Shown piece after piece: positions 36,640 through 48,793 of a stretch of DNA of 64,000 bases. The notes under the pieces are model-generated. The model saw nothing but the letters and a program-made list of their open reading frames with translations, was not told the DNA's origin and ran no database searches. The position numbers were made by a program, and so were the translations under genes. This DNA is from Macrostomum lignano (Eukaryota): positions 1 through 64,000 of the forward strand of contig NIVC01000980.1 in NCBI GenBank assembly GCA_002269645.1, read 5' to 3'. Within the stretch, counting starts at the first letter, position 1, and each line of letters opens with the position of its first letter.

Positions 36640-39600
36640 AGCACACATTGCATACTGATATACCTTCAACTGTTCAAAAAAGCAAAATAGATGTCAGTAC
36701 GAGTTAATATTATATATAGTAAAAAACAGTTTACATAAATTGTGCGATTCTTTAAACACAAAGGTGGGACATCTAAATTGGGACTCTGGTGCACATTCAA
36801 AGCAGTTGGCTACAAGGATGGCTACTACAGAGAATACTATGTACTTTCATGTTAATATTAAGTAGGTAGACAAGACACTGGTTATTTAGTATAGTTTGCA
36901 TATTAATGAGAGCATTATCTAATCAATACCTTGGGTCTCCATATTTACAGTATCTGAGATTGACTCAGACACAGATCTAACAGTGGTTTTCAGTGACGAC
37001 CATACTTGGTCAACAGACTGGCTGTGTGATCCACTAAAATTGTATAGAGAAATCCATTGTTTAAAACATAAGTGCAGTTTTGAACATAAAAATACCCAAT
37101 AATAGAGAAAAAGAATCTAAAATGTTAACAACAAAGCAATTTAAAAAGAGTACCAGCACATTAAAACTACACTAATAACTAATGATGCATAAAACAAACT
37201 TGTCAAAATTGAAATTCCTAATTTGACCAAAATAATCATATAAACAGTAAAATATATCTTGAACATTTAGCAAACTAGAAGTTAAATTTTTATTTGTATT
37301 TCTGCCCTAAAACTATGCTCTTTATAGCATGAAGTTATTACAATATATAAAACTTTCAATAAACAATAAAAAACAAAATTGCATAGCCACTATTAAGATA
37401 AATAAAACATATTAAAAACTTTTTAACAAACTAAAAATATTCAATGTATAACTATATGCTATTTCATATTTTTTCCAAAGTAAAATATATCCTATATATT
37501 GAGTTAAGAATGATATAAAGATTTAAATATGACTTGTCATTTTCTAACCATTAGTAAAACCTATTAAAAGAGATAGCCAAAGGACCAAAGGCTTGGTAGC
37601 TATGATAGGTAAAATTAGAGCCATTTAGGTTAGACCAACAGGGGTATTAAAGCTTGGCTCCTTTATCCAAAATTCTTAATATTGAATATATCCTTGAATT
37701 GATTTTAATATAAGGCTTCTATACATTTTTAAGAAAAGCATACTGTCAGTTTTTCTAACAATTTTTTTATGTAATCTGTATACATACAATTGGCTTTTAA
37801 AATGTTAATATAAACTTAACTTAATATTAGTATCAAAGACCTTGCCAACTAATAATGCCAATATATCTTGCTTAGCAAAAAGTCTTAAAGAAGGTATTGA
37901 TAATACATTAGGTATTGATGATCACTTGAAGGCGTTTTGATATTAAAATTTTGACTTATATAGTTCTGCTTAAAATATGATTAATAATCATGGCATGTGA
38001 TAGAAGGCAAGCCATTTTAAAGAGAGCATATGGTCATTATAGACTATTTTTCTTACAGATTCTTCAACTGCCGTGAAGTTTCTCCAATGTAATTTTTTGA
38101 AAAAGAGTCCTTCAAACCAATTTGCTCCAAAATATCAATAGAGAAATCCAAATCTTGATCCTGTGAGTTATCCATTTATTTCATTCATGCAGAAATATTG
38201 TCAAAACCAACAAATGTAGCAGAGTGCCATATAATATAAAAATTCGAGTAAATTAGTTTCGACGATTTCGTAGACGTAAAAATGAGGAGCAAAAGCGATA
38301 CTAATTAAATGTATGCCAAAACAGCTCTAGTTTCACAGTTTCCATCAATATTAAGCAGACTGTGCGTTTAGAAAGGAAAGGAGTTAACGGACATTAAAGG
38401 GCTATAACTTATTGGAGCTGGTGTCAATTTAAATATTTCGACGGCTCAACTTTCAGTTATTTTCTCCATAAAATATATAACCAAAATTTAAAACTGACTT
38501 TGCTGAAATATTTATACAACACTAAGAAGGTTAGGTTACTAAGGTATAATCAAAAGTCTAAGGTTACTCACGAAAAAATTGTTTTACCCAGTGTAAACGA
38601 TGACTAAAATTATTTTTGTTTGCAGCTACTGAATAACAGCTGCATCTTAATTAAATACAGAACACGAGACAAGTTTCATTGAAGTGTCAGGTCGCCAGCA
38701 AGGACCACTGGACTAAGCTATTGTTACGTTTTCTTTGGAGACCAGTACGAGATACGATCAGAAATTATATAATTACGAATCATAGATATATTTAATTACT
38801 ATGCTTAATGACCTGCTCGTTACTTTATTTTCCTATTTGACTCAAGACTACAAAATCGAGTGTTTTCAAGCAACAGTTGCTACAATTCGTCACAAAGTGT
38901 GACAGTTGTAATCAGCTAGCAGTCAGCAGAGATATTTAACTGCCTCACTATCTGAGTGGACTAAGTGGAATTAGTCCATTTAGTTGGACTAGCTGTACAT
39001 TTTCAGTTGTAACCAGAGGGCCTCGAAACTCTTTACCGAAAGAAGAGGATTTTTCGATTCTAGCAACAGTATAATCTGATACAAATATGCACTATTCAGT
39101 AATTTTTTATAGCAAAATATTCTTCGTTAAGATATCTATTTTTGTGTACCGTGCGTTTGTGTACGAAAAATTCTCATGGCAGAAAACTTAACGAAAAATT
39201 TCTATAGAAGAAATTGAACTTAAAAAATGTATCGTAGTTTCAATTAGTGTGCACTAAACATTTAGTTGCATGTGGTTCCGTCAAGGACCACTATAACTGT
39301 TATATACAGGGGTCCTTGGGTTTCGCTTGACCATTCAATATCGACATGTATACATCCAAAGGTACATACTGGTGATGAGGACGCACTTTTTCCCAAATCC
39401 CGCGCTAGCACATGGGCTCTAAACTTACTTGCCTACTAACAGTGGGCAGTGGGCATTTTTATCCTTTTTCTGCGAATTTTCATAGAATCTATACTAGATA
39501 TAATGTCTGGCCATACTAGTAGTCATAATAACATAGGCGCAGCTTTTTGGGTCATAAATCATCGCTTTCGAAGCTGATCTGACAGCCACCTGCGCCTCAC

Positions 39601-39959
39601 TCAGTGTTGAAGCGGGCGCCAGATGGTCTGAGAGGATGCGGGCGGTAGCTTTTTTCTCATCATTTTGACAGGCCATCAAGATTTATGAGGTCAGAGCCTA
39701 TTGTTCGGATTCACTCAAGCGTGTGACAGCTTTGACAGCTATGCGTTTTACCCCTAAAAGTACCTTGGGATTAGCGATTAGCGATTTCTCTTCATTATCT
39801 TCACTTTCTATTTAATAAGAGCTTTCTAATGTATATTTTTTCATTAATTTCTGTCAATCCTACGCGAAAGGTCATAAATCATTTTGTTGCGATTTTGAGT
39901 GATTTATGGCCGCACCTGTCATCTTTTTACGACCCTGTGGGAACTGATAGGATCTCTCG

Positions 39960-40095
39960 GTCACGTGATTCTGGGTAGCAACGAGCTTAGCCAATCAGAA
40001 AATTCGGCGCTCATTTTAACAAAACGGCTCAGCCAATCAAAATCGACGTGTTCCGTTATAACAAACTGCGGTCCAGTTGGCGGCTATTTAAACCG
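39960..40095 (+). promoter_or_regulatory. Pol II promoter-like module (E-box, two CCAAT boxes, TATA-like), possibly LTR-derived
   Basis: TCACGTGA (~39961), AGCCAATCA at ~39989 and ~40031, GGCTATTTAAA (~40082); no downstream gene identified. Confidence 0.35.
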
Positions 40096-41738
40096 GAGTT
40101 TTTGGCCCGCTCGGACGCTACTTCTTCTTACTTTGGCTCGGGCCCAGCGCGCAACTTCTGGTTCCCGGAGCACGACCGTCGTTTCTTGATCCCCGGATTG
40201 CAACTTCCCCCATCATCATCAAGGACGAGTCCCCCGGTCGACAGCAGCGAACATCCAGTTAAGAGCATCACCTGCTAGCTAACAGCGAAGATTGTGACAG
40301 CATCATCCCGAGTCTACAGCTGCAGAGCATCGAGCCGATTCGGTCACTGTGGAATACCTGGTCTCCGGCTGTTGAGTTTCTGATTGGTTGGGTGAGAGGC
40401 TACCTAGACTTGCTTGATTGGGTATAATCCCTTTTCTGTCCCCTGTTGCAGTAGCTGAATTAGGCGCACACTTTTGCTCATTTTGTTCAGTAGTGCTGTT
40501 GCTGAGGCAGGAATCATTCAATAATACTGCTAGTAGTCTAAGACTCCAATTCAATCTAAAGTGTGAAGTGAATTAAGGAGAAGGTTAAATCTAACAGTTA
40601 TCTTTGTCGGCTTTATTTCTTTGTTCGCCGATGGCTCAGATGAGTAGCTAAGCTAGTAGGCGCCGGTCACAGTGGACCAATGGCAAGGCAGTTCTCAGTC
40701 GACCAATCTAACAAATCAGTGAGCAAAACTGCCAAAAGTGCAGAATCGGCGCCAGAGATGTACTTTGTGCACTCTAGGGTAGCCAAGCGGCTCGGGTAAA
40801 TGAATCATGCGGTCTCTGAAGTTCGAGTTAGCCTATCATCAGCGCTATGAGAGGCTAGTTGGCGCGTTGAAGGCTAAAAGTACATATCTTCGTATTTAGC
40901 AATGTAATAGTACATGTAGCTACCCCATAGACTCGCCACCGCAAGAATCCCCTGCACAAGTCCCCTCTGTACCTGCATGGCCAACGCGATCTAGTCCCAG
41001 CAGTGTCCCTTATCATCGGCTATGACTTCGAGATTGACAGCAAAAAGACACTAGTTGGCAGGTAAGTGCAAAGCCCCTTCTAGTCGGAAGCCCGATTTCG
41101 AGAGTCCCGGTGTGGTGAGCCAGGGCGCACGGGCTGGTGGCAGCAAGTTAGTTGATCTGCGGATTAGCTAATTTCTACTTTCAAAATTCTCCCTGCTCGT
41201 CTCTCGCTGTCCCTCTCTTAGCTATAGGACCTAGACTGCTCGCCACACGATCAAGCTACCATGGGGCTGACCATCTGACAGGAGTGGGGGGCCAGGTCTC
41301 TAATTGATTTATTTCTGAGCCTGAGGCCCGAAGGCTTCCCTAACAAGGAGCCCGAAGGTCGAAACCCATCACTGGTAGTAGTGTAGGTCGCTAAGTTATG
41401 AATTATTGTTTTTTAAACTCTTACAAAAAATCGGGAAAAATTTGCGTACATGTAATATATTCTAGTCTCTTTTTCAAATCTGATACCAATTGCATGTCTA
41501 GAAGAGCATAAAAATTGAATATTGCTAATTATAATATGCATGTATAAATATAGCTCGTATCACGATGAATAAAATAGGGAAAATCACCATGTATTAATTG
41601 TTTATAGACTTTTTAAAACAAATCGGTATCCCAAAAATCACAGCCTAATCCGCACTCTGTGCTAATAACTCCCGAATCAGTTATTGATTCAGTTAGTACG
41701 AGCTAGAATACATTTTATGTTCGATATTAACTATTGCG

Positions 41739-43562
41739 TCATAGGTGTCTCTTTTCCGTTACAATCGATCGGCTGCCCCGGTTTAGCGGCCTGCAGAGCG
41801 AGATGACCAGAGACGCCTTGCGGCCGGTCAGCCTCTCCCAAGCTCTGTACAGCCAGAAGAACGAGCATTCGCTAAACTCGGCGAAGCACAGCTTCATCAG
41901 GTAGCGACACTCTACATCGTGCTCCATAGTGCTGCCAACTACGGATGACAGTACACCGATGACGAAGTTGATGAACATTACCGGCATCAGCAGGATGAAG
42001 GCCACGTGAGTCAGCAGCAGGTCCGCCCTGTCCGCCTTTGGCTGGAAATTGTTTGTGTCGAATACATTCAACGTGACCAGGAAGCTGCTGTAGAAAGCGT
42101 AGAAAAAGTTGCTGGAATTTCCTGATTTGGTCGCGTTGCCAGCCACGACCGCCCCGTCCGCTCTCGATGAAATGTCAAACAGGCGCGAGAAGATCAGGAG
42201 CATCAACAGGTACACGATGAGAAAGTTGGCAAACATGGCCAAACTGCGATAAAAGCTGGTGAAGAATTTCGATACTATGGGCATCAGGCGACTTGGCGGG
42301 AGAATTGACAGCAGCAGATTGATAGTGAGTATCAGCAGCAGGCAACCAACCACTGGCCGGTAGGTCTCAGACCCCTTAGTTGAACTGCACATCACCTGCG
42401 GCGCCGTGAGCAGACCAATTAACAGTATTAGAGTGGGAATTAGCAGCAAAGTGGGCATCAGCCAAGCCAGCCCGTCCCAATCCATTTGTCTTGGCCCGGC
42501 TGGATAGCCCATCGAGCGGCGGTATCTCTCCTTGCGGCACTTGCCCATAATGACCATGGTCAGTGTGAACAGCTGGCACGCGAGGCAGGAGCACAGGACA
42601 TACACAATGCCAGGCAGGCTTGCTTTGGGATCGCTGCACGCGCTGATAACGTATTGGCGAAAATTTGAATTCAGAGTAGCCACCGTTAGAATCAGATTGA
42701 GCACTTTCTCCCCGATGAGTACGACCAGGGTGAACCTGTGCCGTTTGTAGAATGCGTCAATCCAAGGTCCAACTATCAGCGGCTTGCGGAACACCTTGGC
42801 CTTCTTAAGCTCTTCCACCTTAGACTCCCCGAAATAGTCGGCCATGATTGGCATGGCCGTGAGCATTCGGTCGGGTTCGGACGATACGGTGAAGGAGAAG
42901 TCCAGCTGCACGTGCTCCATCAGGCCGGAAACCTCGCAGCTCAGCACGCCCAGGTGCGAGCGGTACATGAGGATGTCCACCCAGCCAACGTAGCCGCAGT
43001 AGATGCCCCAGTCGAGAGGCGTCATTTGGAAACAGTTTCGCTGGGCGGCCATCTTTGCCACCTGCTCTCTGGTGAAAAAGTCCCGCAAAAAGAACCGCAG
43101 ATAGTCGGTAGCTTGAGTCATATTGCGCTTGCCCGGGTTCAACCGGTCAGTCTTCAGCATGGTCAGGCCGGAGAACAGCACGTGATAGGCGTTGAAGCCG
43201 TACTCGACAATGCCAGAGAGATCCAGACTGTCTGCAGTCTGCTGCATCAGCAGGCAGCACCGTTTAGCATTGAACATGACGGCCATCAAGAACGGGTTTG
43301 TCGCGAAGGGATGCCTGGCCAAGTATTTGTTGACTCGCAATTCGCTCTCGTACGTCCTGAACCGCATCGGGCAGTGCCGCTTCCGACGACCGGCATCGTA
43401 GCTGCGCAGGAAACTTGGCCAGCTGACGCGGCTTGAGAACGACTTCATGTGGTTGACTTCATCGTTAACAATGCACTTCACTAATAGAGGCCATTGATCT
43501 TCGCTAATATAATCCCAGATGTCCTCAAGAGTGTTGGCGTCGTCACTGCGAGTTCCTGTCAT
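41739..43562 (-). CDS. Divergent TRPV-like cation channel (degenerate ankyrin repeats plus 6 TM), intronless, 607 aa
   Basis: Ankyrin-like RNCFQMTPLDWGIYCG; six hydrophobic segments; S5-like FANFLIVYLLMLLIFS, pore-helix-like FYSSFLVTLN, S6-like FILLMPVMFINFVIGVLSSVV (compare TRPV LLLNMLIALMGETV). Confidence 0.75.
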   Translation of the reverse strand: MTGTRSDDANTLEDIWDYISEDQWPLLVKCIVNDEVNHMKSFSSRVSWPSFLRSYDAGRRKRHCPMRFRTYESELRVNKYLARHPFATNPFLMAVMFNAKRCCLLMQQTADSLDLSGIVEYGFNAYHVLFSGLTMLKTDRLNPGKRNMTQATDYLRFFLRDFFTREQVAKMAAQRNCFQMTPLDWGIYCGYVGWVDILMYRSHLGVLSCEVSGLMEHVQLDFSFTVSSEPDRMLTAMPIMADYFGESKVEELKKAKVFRKPLIVGPWIDAFYKRHRFTLVVLIGEKVLNLILTVATLNSNFRQYVISACSDPKASLPGIVYVLCSCLACQLFTLTMVIMGKCRKERYRRSMGYPAGPRQMDWDGLAWLMPTLLLIPTLILLIGLLTAPQVMCSSTKGSETYRPVVGCLLLILTINLLLSILPPSRLMPIVSKFFTSFYRSLAMFANFLIVYLLMLLIFSRLFDISSRADGAVVAGNATKSGNSSNFFYAFYSSFLVTLNVFDTNNFQPKADRADLLLTHVAFILLMPVMFINFVIGVLSSVVGSTMEHDVECRYLMKLCFAEFSECSFFWLYRAWERLTGRKASLVISLCRPLNRGSRSIVTEKRHL

Positions 43563-43879
43563 TTTTTAATTGACAATGAATGAAAAATCGAAGACTGGTG
43601 TGGTTTAACCATAGTTTTAATAGTTATTCTCCATTTTCACCTCCGCAGCAGCGATTGACTTTGGCGGAGAGCCAATTCGATTCCAACAAGCTGTGGGCCA
43701 ATCGGGTGAGTTTGGGGACTTGGAAGCAGTTCGTACCGGTACCGGATAGGGGATATGCGTTGGGCTCAGCAAAACCATACCTTTTAGGGTTATGCAATAA
43801 AAGTTGGGATCCAGAAAGGTATTTTATCAAAATGAAATCGGCAGTTTCATTTCGTCATTTCGTGCCAAACGGGTCTGGG

Positions 43880-43963
43880 TCGTTTCTGTGATGCGTCGTT
43901 TCTGTGACACGTCGTTTCTGTGACACGTCGTTTCTGTGACACGTCGTTTCTGTGACACGTCGT
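43880..43963. repeat. 16-bp repeat (CGTCGTTTCTGTGACA); related units recur at ~44614-44660
   Basis: Direct reading. Confidence 0.85.
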
Positions 43964-43964
43964 T

Positions 43965-44530
43965 GCATGCAATGGTGGGTTCAGCACGCCTATGTAGCAT
44001 GAGACAGACCAGGCCTACGAGCTAAGGTCTGCGATCCTACACACCTGCACCCCCTCTATTATGGTGCAGGAATGGCAGGAGAACTCTCTCCAAGCTGACT
44101 CGCAAGCCGACCCAGGGCTTCACGCCCCGCATGTGTTCAAGGCAGCTCTGGGACTGCTGGACTGACTGGGCTCCGGCGGCGACAACCCATCCGTGGCCTT
44201 GGCTTCTGTCTCGGCCGTTTTGGGTATGCGGCCAGTCCGCAGGCTCCGGAGGCAGTCGATCCTCCTGCTTCCCTCAAGGACCCAGTGTAGTACCGTGCTG
44301 ATGGACCTTTGGTTCGGCCTCTGGTTTTCTCCAAGCCGGGCTCTTAGCCGGGGAGTTTCTTGGTTGATAGCAGTCGGACCGGTAAGGGCTTAAGCCACCC
44401 CCCGGTCGCTATCTCTTGGCCTGGCTGTTGGGTTTGGGGCTGCGGCCCAGTGGCTTCTCACCTCTAGCCCCCACTCGCCTTTCAGCGACTCATGGAGTAG
44501 CACTAGCTGCGCGTAGTCGTCAGGGGCTAG
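43965..44530. mobile_element. GC-rich structured insertion, possible non-LTR retroelement UTR remnant
   Basis: GC island between two blocks of the 16-bp repeat, containing several hairpins (GATAGC..GACCGG..CCGGTC..GCTATC; CTAGCCCC..GGGGCTAG); no ORF or TSD found. Confidence 0.3.
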
Positions 44531-47500
44531 CAAAATGAACGGCAACGCCTCCTCGCTGTTTCCGGATGCACGGAGCCCCCTGCAGCTAAGTCAAGTAAGT
44601 TAATTGATACATAGTTTCTGTGACACATGGTTTCTGTGATACGTCGTTTCTGTGACACGCCTTTTCTGTCAGCCAAGTTGATAGTGAAAGTCCCACAAAA
44701 TGGCGAGAACTGCCCAATAAAATCCAAATGTCAACTTAAAATCTAAAACTGCAGTTGTCTGAAAAAAATTGTAGCAGTTTTGTTTTTACTCCGGGATAAG
44801 TGCTAACAGCATCGTCCAAAAGTTACTCTGGCAGTTTTATACCTGAGAGCTTATCTATCAACTATAAACACATTTTTATAAACCCGAAAAGAGCCGGGAG
44901 TGGCGATTGAGCGATTGACCTGCAGCTAAAACTGATTTCCGATAAGATAATTAGCCAGAGCGGACGTCAGACCGACGTTTTTCGCGTCAGATGCGCGGAG
45001 AGCCGCTAAGAGGGTTAATTCAGCCCAGGTTAATTAAATTACGACTGCCAGGAGATGGTGGTGAATAAAGCAGAAATCAAGCACAGCAGCATTATTGAGC
45101 ACACGCGCTAAGCCTGCATACATGGCATTCAGATAGTTCAAACACAGCTGCAGCATTGGTTGCACTCAACCAATTCCAATTGCTGCAATGTCAACTGTGC
45201 AGTGTGTTTAATAAAACTTGCTCAGATATAAAACTGTGCAAATATAAAACAAGCTCCAGTTACAGTAATGAATTCATGTAGCTATACATGTACTTGCAAA
45301 CTATGTTCCTAAGCATCTCATCGCAATGTATATTACTGTTAATGCTGTAGAGAAGTTTCAGCTACATATTGTGCATAGAGCATGTTCATGCGTACACGAA
45401 TTCAAAAAGAGGGAATGTTTAATTTTTCGTCCAGTATATTTGTCAAGCAATACTCTGTCATTATTGTTTACATTTTTCTATAACTAAGTGTATCAAAAGC
45501 ACACTGGGACATTTTTGTCAAGCCTGAGCACTGCACCATATGCGATCTATCCGCGTACTTTTATCGCAATATAACTTTTGGTAACTTTGGAAAGAATTGC
45601 AGACGTTCCTATGGGGGCCTCTGCAGTGCAGTTCGTGTTGCTGCGTATCAATCACTTCTATGCTGAGTCAACTATTATATGTAGCTGCCCCGTGGACAGA
45701 ATTTTCAATTTTTATCGATGAAGATTTACGAAATATGAGCAAGTTTATTGGGAATTTTAGACTGATAGACTAATAGACTGATTGGGAATTATGATTATAG
45801 GCTGAATACTTGTAGTTACTAATGTCCCAAAAAGCAGCCTGTGCTGTGCAAAAGTAAGGATTGGGCCACCAGCTCAATTCTAGGAAAAGAGGCGCCATTC
45901 TAAAAGTTAAAGCGCCATTCTGTGAATCTGGGCGCCAATCTGGGAACGAAGGCGTCCCTTTAGGAAGACTTTATGCCAGGCCATGAATGTGTATAAAAAT
46001 TTTTAACACTTTGGGCCCATGACGACTCTATTAATGGGTTTCGATTTTTGATCATCCTGACGGACATTTGGAACCTCCACCTATATATTTATATCGCTAA
46101 TCGTAATTCAGATAAATTTATAGTAGCTCGTATATATGCAATATATATTAACTAGTAAAGAATTTTTGAAACAGCTCAAATAGTTACTTTGCATTAGGCT
46201 GTCAATTAATCATCGACGGTGCGGCTCCACATGATGTGTACATTAAAATGATTGAGAAACACACATTAGTAAAGATGTTGAGTCAATGTGTTAGACGTAA
46301 CATGCAGATATTACCAGCCTTTTTCTAAAAGTGCTTCATGAACTACGAGCGTATAGGCCTTATTACACAACACAATAAGAGTTACTTTTGCCTTTAGGCT
46401 TGTTCTGTACTTCTACTTTAGTTGCCCTTGAGCAGGTCTTATATGTGTATATTAATTAGGCTTTGCCTATGACAAAAGAACATCAAATCTAATGAAAAAG
46501 TCGATCAGCAACTATAGATATCAACCGTCCGAAAGCAAATAGGCCACATGTAGCAGACGTATATTGTGTAATCCAAGAGTTGAATCGTTGGCTTGTTTCA
46601 TGTAGAGCAAGATAAAAGCCAATAAAAGGACAATCATGAATCATTTACACCAGTCTCAGAAATCATTTCATGATGGCCTAGACAGCTCAGCTCGTGAAAC
46701 ACAAAGAAATTAGTTTTTAAAAACTAAAGGGACGTCAGATTTAAATAAATGTTTCTAAATGTTTTGGCTTTTTTAAGTCCGTGTCATGCTAAGTATCTTT
46801 CCCAGTTGGAGTAAACCATTATGTCACTGCTTTAGCAGCACCGAAAGTACAATTTTCTTGATGATTTATGATAGTCAATTTGAAATTTGGGAACCGATAT
46901 AGCGTATATGTACAACTCATAATATAAAACAATAGTTAAAAATCCGCGAGCTTAGCAAGTAGCATGCATTAACAAAGCCGATCACTAAGTGAATGACTCT
47001 AAAAGCAAAGACACATCGTAATAGAATTTATTGTTTGTTATTTCTATTTAACAAAAAATTTCGCAGTATAATCTTTTATATTGCAGTATCTGTATTAAAT
47101 TATAATGTCTTCATATTCAAACGAGACTGTTTCGCAAATTTTCTATGATGAATAGTTCTCTTCTTTTTCTTAAATTGCATTCTTTTTTCTGTAGTTGTTA
47201 AGTCTTTGCAGTTTTATAGTTTTATATATGTGAAAATATTTAATATCTAGACATGCTAGGTGGTGGAGTATCGAATTAATTAATAACATTTAAGTAGTCC
47301 AGCCAAACCTAAAACAAACCACCTGCTGCTTTCTTTGCTTTTCTAAATAAGCTCCTTTTTCTGTTTTCAACATCTTAACTACCAACTACTGCATTTTGTC
47401 TGTAGCAAATTATGTATCCCTAACGCCATTTATCTGATAGCTGTATTAAAAAGCCACGTAATGCACAAAACTTTTTAAAAATAAAAAGTCACATTAGGCC

Positions 47501-48379
47501 TATAGCAAAGTGTCTCAAGACAATATCAATAGTTGAATGTTTACTATGACATTATTATTATTCTTCTATAAGAGTCTATCTATATATATTCACTTTTGTT
47601 TTGCAATAATTTAAGTAGAGAGATTTTATAAAGCTTATTATAGGACAAAACTGAAAAGAGATTAGGCACTAGAATAAAGCACATTTAGCACTAAATAGCA
47701 CTAAAACAGATGTCTACAACATTTAAATGAGTGTCTATAACACTAAAATAAGTGCCTGTAGTGCTAAAAAGAGTGCCTGTGGTACTAAAAAGTTCCTATC
47801 CATGGAGCTAGGCCTAAGAAGAGTGCTTATAGTATCAAAATAAATAGGCTACCCACGGCCACAATGCTATAATGAGCATTGACAATACCCATTTTTTAAG
47901 TTATGGACATGTAAAAAGTTGGTTATATAAATGTACTTTTTGAATTCTTGGCTTTGTCTTTTACTATAAAGTTGATAGTGATGCCCTTTATAGTAAAATT
48001 ATATATAGCCATAGATTGTAGCATAAAAGTAAATAAAACTAAACTAAGTAAAATTTCATTTTAAAAGTTAGTTACTCATTCTAGAGATAGTCTTAATCAA
48101 TGCCCTAATGTCAAAACCAAATATTATAGACCATGTTTATATGTATAAAATTGATCAAATCTAATGACTAATATAATTTTCTATTTTTCTATATACTTTT
48201 ATATAGACATGCATATATTTTCCTTTACCTTTGTCTTATAATCACTTCAATAGAAATTAAGTATATTAAGTATGAATAATAAAGGATCATAAGACAAAGG
48301 TGAGGTGGAGAAGTATATCTTAGTCTTCTTAAAAACATTAAAGCCTTATTAACTTAAACAATTATGATCCTAAAACATT

Positions 48380-48547
48380 CATACATATGCAACCTTGGGA
48401 ATCACTTGGCCATTTCTATTGGCAACACATATAGAAGTTGTTATTGGCTGAGAGCAGTCACATGATTACTATTCCATCCAATAGCAACTTACATGTATGT
48501 GTTGCCAATAGAAATGGCCGAGTGAATCCCAAGGTTGCGCATGTTTG
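48380..48547. mobile_element. Hairpin MITE, copy 3 (older, reverse orientation)
   Basis: CATACATATGCAACCTTGGG...AAGGTTGCGCATGTTTG with the same arms carrying CpG-type decay; imperfect 8-bp flanks AAAACATT/AATACTTT. Confidence 0.8.
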
Positions 48548-48793
48548 AATACTTTGACTATCATTAAATGATTTAACATAATTGAATATAAGCTTTAAAA
48601 TATGGCTTTGTCTTCTAATATTTTTATGTGCTATATACAAAATATATGTTTTAGGGCTTATGTTTTTCTATTATTAGTTAAATAATTATTTAGTCAGAAG
48701 TTTTTATCTATTGCCAACCAAGTTAGTCTTTTTTCTTATTATACTATGCTCTATCTTATTTTTTCTTTTGTATTACTATGACTATGCCATACC

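Noticed and set aside
37850-38180. Protein-like fragments on the minus strand (e.g. MDNSQDQDLDFSIDILEQIGLK)
   Set aside because: Short, interrupted by stops, and with no recognisable family; too weak to call a pseudogene.
44464-44530. Hammerhead ribozyme on the minus strand (CTGACGA..GAAA)
   Set aside because: GAAA does not follow stem II directly and the cleavage triplet would end in G; kept only as a generic structured-RNA lead.
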